The position numbers and the translations under genes are program-made. Positions 1 to 20,028 of a stretch of DNA of 64,000 nucleotides are shown here, piece by piece. The first letter of the stretch is position 1. Every line of letters begins with the position of its first letter. The notes below the pieces were generated by a model that did no database searches, was not told the DNA's origin, and saw only the letters and a list, made by a program, of their open reading frames with translations. The stretch covers positions 77,810,001 to 77,874,000 of the forward strand of contig OX597828.1 in assembly GCA_951406725.2 (NCBI GenBank), read 5' to 3'. Source of the DNA: Octopus vulgaris. Taxonomy: Eukaryota.

Positions 1-3000
1 TTAGATCATGCATAACAGATTCAATGGTTTATTTTTAAATCACCTGGATTCAATTAAAGCTGCAGGCAAATCTCTAAGCAAGGTATTCCAATATGATTCC
101 TCATTGTGTATTTCTGTAAGGATTTTTACTTTACTGCTCAAGTTAGGGTTCAATTGTCAAATTTCTGCAACTTCCCTATGGATGGCTGGTTTTTGTTCAA
201 CATCAAAAGTGAGATGAGACATATAGGTCAGCCATTGAAAAGACTAATTTTAGAGTTGGACCATTTCCCAGAGACTATCCATTATAGAATCATAATACAC
301 CAGGCCCAGAATTGTCAAAAAATTAGTGGGGCATTGAAAGCAAATAGAAATATGACACAAATTCATGATAATGGCAGGGGGTGGGGGATTTATCTATTTT
401 GATTACTGTAGCTGAGGGCCAAAATGGTTTTGAGACCAAGATGTCACCATTATATCAGAGATCTCAAGAGAATTCATACAACAACACACACACACACCAA
501 AGTCTCTCACATATACAAATAATGTTGATATTCGTCACTGGATGAGCTGTTACCTGCAGCTCTGCTTCTAACGAAATCATAATCTTGAGAGCTCTGAGCA
601 TCTATATTGATCTATTGTATAATACATAGTCTAGCACTGTCTGTACTTTACCGAGCAGTAGTAAGTGACTGACTGACTGGTAAACTCAGTCAAACAACTG
701 GCTCCAACACAACAAAACAAATGAGAGCCTCTATCCAGTCACCCAAGAAATAACAGCTAAATCCTAAATCGCTTTCACATTACACCATTTTAGGAAGAAC
801 ACTTTGAATAATGCAACTCTGAGACACTACCTCTAGGAAAAAGTAAGAATATTCATAGCTGGAATTCTTTTGAGAGCATGGGTCTCCGTAACTGAAGCTG
901 AGCTGGGCTCAAGAACCCAAGTAGGTTATTATGAGGTGTAGTAGTCAAGGTATGCTGTAGGTTCTGATAGTAGCTATAGAAGAGGAACAAAGAATTCAAC
1001 AGAAATGGAAAAGTTGCTGCTGCATACACAACTTTAGCAGTGTGCATCACAGAGGTATGTTTATGACTTCAGGTGCAGGGGTGGGAGGCTGGGGTGGGAG
1101 AAGTAGAGTTCTGAGGATGAGAGCATAGTAACGTAGCAGTATTCATTAGTGTGTCACAGGAGTCAGTCTCTCTCTCTCTCTCTCTCTCAGGCAGTTTTCC
1201 CAGCAGAATCGACAGGTGTCGCTGGGATGAAATTGATAAAAACTACTTTCACAGACACTGATACAAACACCACAAAAATCGGGTCTTTTGTGCAAATTCT
1301 TTTACCGGCCTTGACATAACAAAGACAAAATAAATATCGGTTTCAAATTTTGGCACAGGGCCAGCAATTTTGGAGGAAGGGGCCAAGTTAAATACATTGA
1401 TCCAAATGCTCAGCTGGTACTTATTTTACTGACCCTGGGAGGATGGAAAGTAAAGTCAACCTCAGTGGAGTGTGAACTCAGGACATAAAGACGGATGATA
1501 TGAAAATAAAAATGACCTACAGTGTATTAAGAGACCAACACATTTGCAGAGTAACAGGGTAATATTATAGCCAGATTCCACCGAGGTTGACTTTGCCTTT
1601 CGTCCTTTCAGGGAGTCGATAAATTAAATACCAGTTGCATACTGGGGTTGATCTAATCGACTGGCCCCCTCCCCAAAAATTTTGGGCCTCATGCCTAGAG
1701 TAGAAAAGAATATTTTAGCCAGATTATATCTTCAAATTCATTCCATAGTTAAGTCTGTTTACTTCCTGGTGTAAAGTGAAAAATAATCGATAACAACTCT
1801 TAAGGTAAAAGAGGTGATAAGCGTATGACAAGGAATATAGCTTTTCAGAGGTGCTGTCTCCTAAGAATGCATATTCAATACTACCTAGGTGGACTTTTAC
1901 ACCACTTAAAGAGTCAAATGTGGAAGTGCGATGGTCCAGTGGTTAGGGCAGCGGACTTGCGGTCGGATGATCGCAGTTTTGATTCCCAGACCAGGCGTTG
2001 TGTGTGTTTATTGAACAAAAATACCTAAAAGTTGCACGACGCTCCAGCAGAGAGTGGTGGCGACCCCTGTTGTACTCTTCCGCCCCAATTTTTTCTCACT
2101 CTCTCTTCCTGTTTCTTGAGTAACGCTGCAATGGACTGGCGTCCCATCCAGTTGGGGAGAACACATATGCCACAGAAAGCAGGAAACCAGGCATGTGAGC
2201 CTGGTTAGGTTTGAAAAGGACGTATAAATAAAAAAAAAAATAAGAGTCAAATGGAATTTTTAAAAGAAATTATATCTCATGGTTCTACATAAACTTACAA
2301 CTATCTTTCAATTTTCAAAGGAACAACAGAATTTCCACAAGTGCTGATTATTTTCATAATTACCAACAGCAGTAGACAATCACAAATGTATACAATCATC
2401 ATCATCATCATTTAATGTCTGCTTTGCATGGGTTGGACAGTTTGACCGAAGCTGACCAGCTAAAGGACTGGTCAGGTTCCATGTCTGTTTTGGCTTGGTT
2501 TCTATGGTTACTGGATGCCCTTCCTAACACCAACCACTTCTCAGAGTGTACTGGGTGCTTTTCATGTGGCACCAGCACTTACAAGCCCACAAGGTTAGGG
2601 ATGCTCAGCTGGAGAGGGTTGCAAGGGACAAGCCTGTAGGCAAGGGCAACAAAGCTTTTACAGAGCTCAGCCTGTCTTTTCAAGCACAGCAAACTGCCAG
2701 GAGTCTTGGTCCCCAGTCATCCCCTCTCTGAGTCCCAACATTTGCAGATCCTTTCTCACCACTTAGTCCTATGTCTTCCTAGGTTTACTCCTTCCACATG
2801 CTCCCTTTACAATAAGAGACCAGCACCTCTTGATGCAACTGTCCTCATTCATATGCATTACATGGCCATACCAGCGCAGTCTTCTCTCTACATCTGATGC
2901 TACGTATACCCAATTTTTCTCTCAAATCACTTACACATTTTTGTAAATGCACACCGCCATTACCCATCCAGCAAAGCATACTAGCTTCATTTCTTTCAAG

Positions 3001-4906
3001 TCTTAACATATCCTTAATTAAATTAATCCCATTACTAAATTACTACTTGTTTAATCAACCCTCAGAATGATAAAAAGTGAAGCTGACCTTGTAGTGATTT
3101 GAACTCAGAATGCAGTGTTGTAACTACAGCAATAGCATTTGCCCAGAATATTATTCTGCTAATCAACCACCTTTAGTTAGTAACATATATTTAATAAAAG
3201 CATCAACAAACTGTCACACTGGAATATGACCCCAGCACACACCTGATAAGCAATCAGTACATGTGCTAATTAACACTAATACATATCTGGAATTGATTTG
3301 ATTGAACATTACCAGGAATTGCATTCAGAATGTAAAAGTCCATCCCATAATCAGTCCAACTAATTTTCTTTCTGAACAAAGTGTATTCTGGGTGGAATTT
3401 CAGTGAAATTTGGTTGCATTTCTAACAGGTCAACTGACCTCATTAGGTGGGCAACTTTGGAGCAGAGTACAATATTTGGCACCTTAGATACTCAGAAGTA
3501 CAGCAGAGAGAGGAGCAGTCCCTAGCAGTCCACTATGACATGGGCCATACCCTAGTTTCTCCTAGTACATCTGCGTTACCTGTTGTTTTGAAGGTGGCGA
3601 GGATTCAGAAAGCCATTGAAAGGAAGGTATGAGAAACATAGTGGGGTAAGCAAGAGAGAATGGGTGTTTAGCTGGTGGAGAAATTGTGGGGAGAAGGCAG
3701 AGAGAGAGAGAGAGTGATGATTGGCAGTGGGTAAGAGAATGAGCATCACTAGTGAGGTGATAGGATATATATCTATCATTATCATCGTTTAGCATCTGCC
3801 TTCCATGGGTGGGACAAATTCACAAAAGCTGACCAGGAAGAAGCCTGCACCAGACTTCTGTGACTGTTTAGGCAGGATTCTTACAGCTGAATGCCAACCA
3901 CTCAGCAGAGTGGACTTATTGCTTTTTTACATGGCACAAGCACAGGTGAGGTCAGTTTTGGCAAGGTTTTTACAGCTGGATACCCTTCTGAATGCTAACC
4001 ACTTACAGTGTGGACTGGGTGCTTTTAAATGGCATCTGCACTGACAGAGTCACCAAGTACTTGCAAGACAAAAAAACACCTTTCGTATATATCATCATCA
4101 TCATCATTTAATGTCAGCTTTCCATGCTTGCATGGGTTGGACGATTTGATATATATTTGATCTGTCCCCTTCTCTCTCTACTCATCCTCTTTTTCTCTTC
4201 TCTTTCCTCTGATTCTTTGGTCTAATCTTCCACTACCCTCCTATTTCTTTGTCTCGCTCTGCACTCACAGGTCGCTCTTCGACACCCATCCCTTCTCCTC
4301 TCTGATTCCTTCTTTCTCTCTCTTCTCTCTCTTTGTTGCGTTTGTCCCTCCTCTCTCTCTCTCTCTCCTCTCTGCCGTTGCTTCTCTTTCTTTTCTTTTC
4401 TCTCTTCTCTGTCACGTGACTGCTGGCCGAAATCTGCCTTTCAGCTTCTGACCAGCGTTGTGTTAACATCGTTGTTTTTCATCCGCCGCTATAGGCATCG
4501 CCGATAAGGCTCCTTTCCTTGCGCCAGAGAAAAAATTTGTTTGCTTGTTATCAGTTGTAAGACACTTGTTGTTGTTTTCACCGTTAATGCTTCTGTATTT
4601 CATGTTTCTGTATTCCATTATTTTTTTGTTTTTTTATATTCGTCCCTTTTGCTGTCCTGGTGTCCGTATGCATTCGATCCTTCTTCCAGGAAATCTACGC
4701 TCCCAGCTTAGTTTTTCCAATGCTCGTTGCTTAGTTTTTCTTGGAGGGCTGGCCGTGATCTAGTAATCTCAAGATTAATCAGCCGAAATTACTACGATGA
4801 TCCGGTTCTTGACTGAAGACTGAGGGTTTCGAATGTCCTGTCCGTGTTTATTGTATCGTCTTCTTGAGTTATACGTTCTTGTCCATGTTGTATTTTTCTA
4901 CATACC

Positions 4907-4941
<35 letters not shown>

Positions 4942-5015
4942 ATTTTTTGATTTTTCCAGTTTCAGCTTATGAGCTGTGGCCATGCTGGGGCACCGCCATT
5001 TGTATATGTGTATAT

Positions 5016-11001
<5,986 letters not shown>

Positions 11002-11166
11002 TTCAAATTACGATGAACGTAAACAAACAAACGAAGTTTGCTTTAAAAGCGTTGAGATGTCTTAGAAAGTTAAAGAAGTGATTTTAAATTCTCAAAATAC
11101 AGGATGATGCTAATAATATAGCCTGAACAGGATAAGCTACCCCTATTTTGCAGAAAAAAGTGTTGG

Positions 11167-11243
11167 CAGCCAGCTATGAGACTCGAACTCACACCTCCGT
11201 GATTACGCGTCGCAGTGCTCTGAACCATTAAGCTAAACTGCTC
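11167..11243 (-). pseudogene. tRNA-derived sequence (SINE head or tRNA pseudogene)
   Basis: Minus strand GCAGTTTAGCTTAATGGTTCAGAGCA...GTGAGTTCGAGTCTCAT has an A box, a B box and a T-arm; the anticodon stem is imperfect. Confidence 0.55.
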
Positions 11244-11339
11244 ACACCACAAATTCTTCTGCAAATTTAAGATATATAGAAATCTCGCTTTATGAGACGC
11301 TATCATACACATACATATATATAAACCAATATTATTTTG

Positions 11340-11700
11340 AGAAGGACCAAGAGAGCAATGTGTTGTGAAACTATTGGATAAAAGAAGAGCTAAGGACTTA
11401 ATAATAGGGATACCAGGGTTGGAGGAATCAGTGGTACAGCTGGCAAAGGTGAATAGAGTGGGGTGGTATGGATATGTGTTGAGGAAGGACGACGACTATA
11501 TTCTGAGGAGAGAGCTTGAGTTTAAAGTGAATGAACTGCGAAAGCAAGGTAGCACAAAGAAAAGATGGAGGGGACAGGTGGTGGAAGATATTGGGAGGGT
11601 TGAGTAGGGAGGATGCGCAAAACCAGGTGAGATGGCGTGAGAGTGGTTGCCGTGAGGGTGAGGTACATCTGCCCACCTCTATTAACGGGGACAAACCTAG
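11340..11700 (+). mobile_element. 3' fragment of a second, diverged RTE-like LINE
   Basis: Translation NRVGWYGYVLRKDDD...RKQGSTKKRW resembles the RTE C-terminal motif LRWYGHV.R....GRP.K.W. Confidence 0.7.
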
Positions 11701-12039
11701 ACTTACAATATTGGACATCGATCAATCAATTATTCCTATGTATAAGGCGGACAGCTGGCAGAAAAGTTAGCAATGCTGGACCAATAATGCTTAGCAGCAT
11801 TTCGTATGTCTTCATGTTCTGAATTCAAATTCTGCCAGGATCTTCCTTGATTTTCATCCTTTTGGGATCAACAAAATAAGTAGTAGTTAAGCACTGGGGT
11901 TAATATAATTGACCTACCCCTTGCCCTGAACTTGCTGGCTTTCTGCCAAAATTCAAAACCAGTATTATCCCTATGCAGTAGGTTGGTGATCATTTAAGGC
12001 TTATTTTGAAATGAGATTAAATGGTGCTTATGTATGAAA

Positions 12040-12510
12040 GGCAAGCCTCAGTACAGTGATTAAAAATAGTAAAAAAGCAAATTCAAGCAGTTTTATTGAA
12101 ACAAATGGGACGCAATACAGTGGAAACTGCCCAGGACATCAACCAGTCATATTGGCAAATGGATATCCAGCTGCTCAACAATGGTTCTAGAAATTTCATT
12201 GACAAAAGACAACCAAGATGAGCAAAGTTGCAGATGACCTTCTGCGATTGACGATGATCAGTTGAAAGCCAATCCTGAGGTAGACCTACACGAAACAACT
12301 CAAAGTTGCAAAACTGCTAAATATCAAATATTCAACGGTTATTCTTCTCTTACACCAAATTGTAATGTTAAAAAAGCTCAACAAATGGCTGCCACATGAG
12401 CTGAACTGAATAAGAATTGCAGTGATAAAAGCTGCTCTGCACTTCATTTGTGCAACCAAAAGGATGCATTTTTTTTCATTGCATAGTGACATGTGACAAA
12501 AAATGTTCCA
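12040..12510 (+). mobile_element. Degenerate mariner transposase remnant (HTH region to first catalytic D)
   Basis: Fragments AQQWF*KF, IDDDQLKA, KKLNKWLPHELN (WVPHEL linker) and FFHCIVTCDKK (cf. RIVTCDEKW). Confidence 0.8.
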
Positions 12511-13280
12511 TTATTGCAGGATCGTTTGGGAACATGAACACTTCCCTCAAATCCATCTCATCCATGCACCACCCCATCACTAGCACCATACACAATACTG
12601 AGTTTTGGTTTTGCTTACACTCTTATGTTGCCCTTTGTCATCCATATTGTGGGAAACAAATTGGTGTTGACTGTCATTGCTTTACTGCATCAGCAAAGAG
12701 ATTCAATATTTGTTTACACCAGGCCATGTAACCTGCAAGGAAGGATGTCTATGCAGCCAGAACATGCCCTAAAGATGCACAACCTCCATACCAATGACAA
12801 TCAACAATATCGTTTGGGCCCTACCAAATAACAATGGTCAAGAATACAGCAAGATACAGCCACCGCTATCTGGTTCTGTTTTACCCAATATCCTCCAGGA
12901 GAGTCAGTTACTTTGACAGTTTCTCCCAAGCTCGGTTTCATTCCGGTCAACACTGACTGTGTTGATTGGCCCACACAAACAATGGCATCCGGTGATTTCC
13001 AAAGCATCTTGAAGCAACAGGAATTTTACAGTAACACTACAGTGCCTATGGAGTGGAGTGGGAAAACCAAACCCTTATCATAACAACTTGCAAACACACT
13101 TGTCCAACACCTCTCTCTCTCTCATTATACATACACATATATATATATTTATATATACATATATATATATGAATGTACATACACATACATACATCCTCAT
13201 TTAGCATCTGCTTTCCATGCTGGCATGCATTAGATGGCTTGACTGGAATTGGTCAGCTAGAGAGCTGTACCAGGTTCCAG

Positions 13281-13312
<32 letters not shown>

Positions 13313-13324
13313 TTCTCGTTTGTA

Positions 13325-13483
13325 TCTATCATCATAGGCTATGCACCAACAAACTTGCACAAAAACCTAGAAATACTTGGTTTCATGAAGAAAGAACAAA
13401 AGAAATTGAAGCAGATTCTCCAAACCCAATCTATTGGCAGCACAGTGAGGGTCTGTAAGACATTCCAGAAATTCTCCATCTGA
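13325..13483 (+). mobile_element. Extreme 3' end of an RLE-type (R4/Dong-like) non-LTR retrotransposon ORF
   Basis: IIIGYAPTNLHKNLEILGF...LQTQSIGSTVRVCKTFQKF* resembles the post-RLE C-terminus of these elements (recalled, not searched). Confidence 0.55.
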
Positions 13484-14234
13484 GATTCCTGTCTGAACAG
13501 ATGTACACACTTGCGTGTATGCATCAACAGTTCAACCACAGATTTACAGACACTGGGAACTTCCTTAACTCAGAATGTCTTGTGGATTTGTTAATGACCA
13601 ACATGAACTCCCTCACAAAGAACTTAAATTTAACTCAAAGAAAAATCACATTAACAGTATGGAGTGTTTTTATTATTAACCTTTGAATTATGAAATAATG
13701 AATTTCACTCATAATTATTCTATTCTTCATTAAATTCAATTGTTTTTTTTCTTTTGGAGAGAAAAGAAAAAAAGCTTCCATTTTCTTTTATTATAGTAGT
13801 AACTAAGGAAGACTGGTGGGATTATTGTTTGTGTGGACTTTAAGATTGGCCGTTATTTAGTATATAATTTAGTTATTGTAGGTTTACTGTTAATACCAAT
13901 ACAGATGTGCATACATTTATGTGTTTCTGGTTGTAGTTTAATTTTAAAGTTAGTGTTTAATCCAGCTTATATTTGATTGAATATTGTTGTACAGAGGTTA
14001 ACTGTGTTTGGAAGTTGTGTGTTTAGTCTTTTGGAATGTTTGTTCCCAGACAGCACTTATTTTAGTGTTATTGATACCACTGGATTGAATGGTACTGCCC
14101 AGGTGTCGAAACCATAATGATATCCATGGGGCAGCTGAGGATGGAGGTATGTTGGATTGTTGGTATGGCTATTTGCGTATAAGTGGAATAGTGTTATAAC
14201 ACATATCTTTGATATATACACTTTATGCATATAA

Positions 14235-14522
14235 AGCACCATCCGATTGTGGCCGTTGCCAGCCTCGCCTGGCCCCCGTGCCGGTGGCATGTAAAAAGCA
14301 CCATCCGATCGTGGCAGTTTGCCAGCCTCGTCTGGACCCTGTGCCGGTGGCACGTAAAAAGCACCCACTACACTCACGGAGTGGTTGGTGTTAGGAAGGG
14401 CATCCAGCTGTAGAAACATTGCCTGATCAGACTGGGCCTGGTGCAGCTTTCTGGCTTCCCAGACCCCAGTTGAACCGTCCAACCCATGCTAGCATGGAAA
14501 GCGGACGCTAAACGATGATGAT
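14235..14522 (+). mobile_element. SINE or short retroposed fragment sharing the RTE 3' UTR (other copies near 38817-39100 on -, 51830-52365 as an inverted pair, 59052-59190 on +)
   Basis: TGGCACGTAAAAAGCACCCACTACACTC...GTTAGGAAGGGCATCCAGCTGTAGAAAC...CCATGCTAGCATGGAAAGCGGAC..AAACGATGATG is closely similar to 8060-8242. Confidence 0.85.
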
Positions 14523-14589
14523 ATTTTATAGCTTTCCTTGAAGAAACTGAAAAACTTTATTCACTGCAACAAACAGGACCATACCAAGA

Positions 14590-14785
14590 AAACATCTCAA
14601 GTCCTTTGATCCCATCATACTAACAGCACTGTACCTACACATGACTATCTTTTCAGATTTCACCAAACTGGTGATCATGTAGGAAGTGACTGTACCCTGG
14701 AGAGAACATATGGAGGACAAGGAAGCTTGCCAAATTCCAGGAACTGATGGAGTAATGCAGAAGCCAAGGTTAGCAGATAACTGAT
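14590..14785 (+). mobile_element. Fossil restriction-like endonuclease domain of a Hero/NeSL-type non-LTR element
   Basis: Translation TKLVIM*EVTVPWREHME / RKLAKFQELME*CRSQG matches the ELTVPWEE..RK.AKY..L...C...GW RLE motif. Confidence 0.7.
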
Positions 14786-17606
14786 AATGTGTTTAAGAAC
14801 ATCAAGATGTATCTTGCAATATATCTGTGCATTTTCTATTCATTTTAATACAATTACCAAATATATATATGTGTATATATATAATAATAATAACAATCCT
14901 TGGGTAGAATTTATTAATATTTTAATACGTTGGCACATAAAAAGCACCCACCACACACTTGGAGCACCTGGCGTTAGGAAGGGCATTCAGCTGTAGAAAC
15001 TTTGCCAAATCAGATTGGAGCCTGGTGCAGCCTTCTGGCTTCCCAGACCCCGGTCAAACCATCCAACCCACGCCAGCATGGAAAGCAGACATTAAACAAC
15101 GATGATGACAATGGTGCTACATGCGTATCCACAAACCACATGTTTCTTAAGGTCATAGTCTGTATTCCTCAGATGATTACAGTGCCATCCATAGTATCCA
15201 TGGGGTGCCATCAGGTAAATCATGTTAATGCAATCATTTCTTTGAGTGAAATAGCATTAATGGATGTTTATCTGAGAGTTGGTAAGTAACATTAATGGAT
15301 GTTTATATACACACACATATCTATACCCAGGACCCTCTTCTCTCTATAGTTATTAAATGCTAATAGATACTTTCTCCATTTCTATTTTCCATTCTACAGA
15401 AATGCAAATCTGTAATTGCACAAGACAAAAATAACAACAAAACAAAAAAATTTATAAATCTATATTCAATATTAATTCTCACTTAAATCATTGGAGGTTT
15501 AAGTGTGACTTCATTTTCTCTCAATTTCCATTTTCCTCACAGATTATTATCGTCATTTTAAGCCCTCTTATTCAAACCTATCCTGTGGACAGGTTGTCAA
15601 GGACCATGCTCTTATTTGGAGTTAATATCCTTCTAGACAGGCCAGAGTTAAGGTCTATGTTTCACTCATATATTCCGCTTTTGAAATGTCTTCTACAGGT
15701 GGGTGCTTTTCCTATCACCAACCATTCTACAGTTCATACTTTAGTCTATCATGGCCCCAGCAACAGAGACATGTCTTCTTCCCAGCATGATAGAAGAAAG
15801 TAAAGAGTGACAACCAAAGTAAGAGAATGGAAAGACAAGCAGAGTGAGATGAGAGAGGGTGGAGGGAGGGAGGGAGAGAGAGGAGAGACAACTACAAGAA
15901 AACTGTTGGTAAAGGAATTCAGTAAAAACACAAATGGTGTAGTAGTAGTAGGAAGAGGAGGAGGAGAGAGAGAGAAAGAGTGATAAGAAGGTGACAAAAT
16001 AATAGGTGTAATGGGAGCGGGGAGGATGTAAGTTGAGTGGATACCAATGAAAATAGGTGATGCTAAGGAGACTGGGAGTGAAGGATGTCAATAATGGGTG
16101 ATAGGGGAGAGAGAAATGGAAGAAATCAGAAGCGATGGAATGCAATAAATTATTATTATTATTATTAAGGGCACTGCGGGGGTATTAATCTTTTTTAAAA
16201 TTAATTTATTTAGTCAGCAAGAGAAGAAGTAAATATCAGCCTTTCACCGAGTGGTAAGAACGACGCGGTTAATGTTCAGTTCTGATGGTGGACAACTGGC
16301 TGAAAGGACGTAGGTGGGTAGGGACTCGTTGAGAATTACTGCTATCAAGAGAAAATGGTTTTGGTGGAGGATAAACGAGGGGGCGGGTTGTGACAGATGT
16401 GTCGTTAGTGTGAGAGAAGAAGAAGAAGAAGATGAGTGGAGAAGACAGTTCGGAGAAGTAGAAGCCGTTGTAGTAGCGGAAGGAGTAGAGACCCCGGTGA
16501 ATAGTCCCTTTTCAAAAGTATTTGCTTCGGGATTCAAAAACTGCTATCGAGTACGTCGCTAGAACGATAAAACGGGTATCGATAACGTTATTGATATTTC
16601 ATTTAATCAGGTTAAAAACAGAAGAAAAAAATCTGTCCATCTGTACGAAAACCTGGTACTTACTTTGGGTTTACTACACTAAACAAGAGCGGTGCATTAG
16701 TAGAAAAGGTGAGGTTGTACTACGAAATGGTTTTACAAAATTTGACGTCGTTTTATCTTCTGAATTTAAAATGCCGTCAGCGTCAACTTCACCTTTCACT
16801 TCTCAGAGTTGATCAAAGAAATGCAATTTAGATACTGAGATCGAATTAAGCAGCTACACTTTCCCCACCATCACACATAAAAATTTAAAAAATATAGCCT
16901 TCCGCTTCAACACTCCACTATCGAGCTTCGTTCGTAACGACCTGTGTTTAATTCTACACTTTTAATCTAAGCTGTTTGAAAGCAGGAAGAAATCGGAAAA
17001 TTTCTAAAAGGGAAACTTGAGGAAAAAGAAATCCTCTAATTTAAAAGATAAAACCTGTCGATTCTCAGGTATTATTGATGGAGGTGTGCGGCGGTGGAAA
17101 AAAAAAAAAGAGAAAATAGTAATCGGCAGAATTATCTTTATTACATATTAGTCTAACAGGTGTCTCACAATCTCGCCGAAGCATTCACGCCTCTAGTAGC
17201 AGCAGCAGTAGTAGTAGTAGTTAATAATGCCACCAGTACCAGTGATCTACTGAGGTTTGATCCAATCTAACTCCACCTACTAAATTAATGACCTTCCACC
17301 AAAAAACAGAAGCAATCACCACCACCGCCACTATAACTGGGAAACACTGTTTAAATAATACATCATTCGAGTCGATGGTTGTATGAATGTGAGCGTGTTA
17401 TCTATGAGAGGGGGTTTTCCAAAAGCCAAAAAAAGAAGAAGAAAAGATTAGGGAATTCCTTAGAATGAAAACGATACAAGAATACGAAAATAAAAACGCA
17501 ACCATATTTTATTAAATGTTACGAGGTTCTGTGTGTTATGTCGGTCAGGATATCTGTTCGATCTCTGCTCTAGTTTTATAAAACCTTTTAATCCGATACT
17601 ACCTTC

Positions 17607-17655
<49 letters not shown>

Positions 17656-17767
17656 TCTTCCTATCCATCTATTCCGTCTGTACATTATATTCTATTGCAA
17701 GGAGGCCGCTTCTTTCCATCTTTCTCTCATCTATATATATATACACACACACACATATACATTAATA

Positions 17768-17813
<46 letters not shown>

Positions 17814-20028
17814 TAAATATATACATTAATATATATATATATATATATAAATGTATGTGTATATATATATATATATATATCCGCGTCGAGTCTGTAATGT
17901 CGTGGAGGTAGCAAATGTCTCGCCACTGACATATTTACTTCTCTCCATGAAATAAATACACCGAAAGAAGAATCGATTCTTTATCTTCCGAGACGTTAAT
18001 GGAATTATAACAGAAAAGATTCCCACTCGTACACGAATAATAATAATAATAATAACTCTTTCTAATTTCGGGCACAGGGTTTGAAATTTTAGGGGAAAGG
18101 GACCAGTTGATTACATCGACCCATCAGGTACTTATTTTATCAATCCCCGAAAGGATAAAAGGTAAAGTTGACCTTGTCGTTATTTGAACTCAAAACGTAA
18201 AGAACAGGAACACATGCGGTTAATAACTTTTTGTCCGACGCGCCAGCGATTCTGCTGGCTCGCCCCCTTTATATAATGAATGATGATAATAGCAATCATA
18301 GTTTAAAAACAAAAACAATGCTTTTCAATTTATTTTATGTAATTTCAGCATATTCACAAGAAAATATTAATTTCACACATTTAAAAAAAAAAAAGATCTT
18401 TAGGAAACCTTAACACGAAAATAGTGTGCATTGGACCAGGGCCATACTGGTGCCTGCCTTTGTTAGCTAGATCAAGTCCATTTGTGTTCGAATCATAGCA
18501 TCTACCTCCCTCCCTGTTCCGAGTTCAAATCCTGTCTGGGAGAATTCAAACTGAAGTATCCTGGTATATAGACATTGTGAAGTCTAGTATTGTTATGGCT
18601 TTGGTGTCCCCACAACATCCTACCCAGAATTCTTAATTAATAAATCCCTGAGTGCTGTTGCTTTCAAGCATTATAGGTTCACCTAACCAGATACCAGTAA
18701 CATACTCAGGAGGGATTTCAATTATTATGACCGTGTGCCTATGTTTTGGCAGTGGTAGACTTAATACAGCAATAAACAACACAAGTACCGTGTTCAAATT
18801 CTGCCGAGGTCTATAACAAGAAAAAGCACACGAGTAAGGTGGAGAGGTTGATATTTTCCCCCCTGCACTCATTGTGTTAGCAATTATTCGGATCGATTCC
18901 AAGCTCCAACATAATACTGGGGCTTTACATTTTCCTTGATCCTGGAACGACATAAAGATAAACTTGACGTCGGTGGGATTAAAAATGTCTAGCGGAACTG
19001 AGTCCGGATTCTCTTACGTTGTGAATTCAAATCCTGCTGAAGTCAGCTTTCAATTTTTCGGAGTTGATAAAAGAAAATACCAGTCAAGCACCGGATATAG
19101 GGGAGTCAATGATATCGACTAATTCCTTCCCCTAAAATTTGCTGGAGTCTTTGCCAGAAATTATTATTATTATTGTTATTATTATTCCGCCGAGGTCGAC
19201 TTTGCCTTTCATCCTTTCGGGGTCGTTAGAATAAATACCAGCTGAGCACTGGGGTCGACGAAATAGACTAACCACCACCACCACCACCACTACTCCTTTC
19301 CACCTCTCAAAAATTCCAGAAAGAAGAATTGGTACCGTTAGTAGGGCGGTGGATTGAAACTGAGAGTCGATATGTGATCTGCCTGGCAGCTTCTAACTTC
19401 GTCACTTGGCCTGGCGCCCTTCAGAAGCCAAAAAGCAAAACAAAACCATAAACATCACAACGCGTCATTCTGACAAAATATGAAATTACAAAGAGCCATT
19501 ATTATTAAGGTGGGTCGCTGGAGATTTTAGAAATACCAGCCAAGAAATTCGTTCGTATCACGCACCCACTTCATAAAAAGAAAAAAGGACATAAAGGAGA
19601 TTTGTAGACTTAAATATACATTAGGTTTGGGGGAGAGAAAAAAAACTACAAGCGAGACGGTCATGGTTAGAATAGATTTGATTATGCGTCTTCTAGGTCA
19701 ATGTCAACACAGGGCTAAACAGTCAATATAGAAAGGGAGTCGATATCGGAGGGGAACTCCTATCACTACGATCGTCATCATAAGGTTATCTGACATGGCA
19801 AGGACAGGAATAGCACCTTCAGTTTAAACACTGCAACCCTCCTCACATTAAGGACAAAAAGCGAATCCAGATGTCCCGGTTCCAAGAGGCGGAAACGAGA
19901 TCCAGGTATCACATTTCAACAAACACACGCCCTATTATGCGTACGCGCGCGCGCGTGTGTATATATATATATAAACGTTTGATGATGCAAGCAGGAAAAA
20001 TAGAACTTAAAACATAAATTTTTTTTAT

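Noticed and set aside
4740-4795. Hammerhead-like GGCTG...CAGCC-GAAA
   Set aside because: No recognisable CUGANGA box or compensated variant upstream.
4969-5015. MSCGHAGAPP as the LINE ORF start
   Set aside because: TGTGGCCATGCTGG belongs to a dispersed repeat (also 51635 and 62485) joined by chance to the truncated LINE.
12510-13010. Possible Merlin/IS1016-like transposase relic on the minus strand
   Set aside because: Only vague motif echoes across several frameshifts; not supportable without a profile search.
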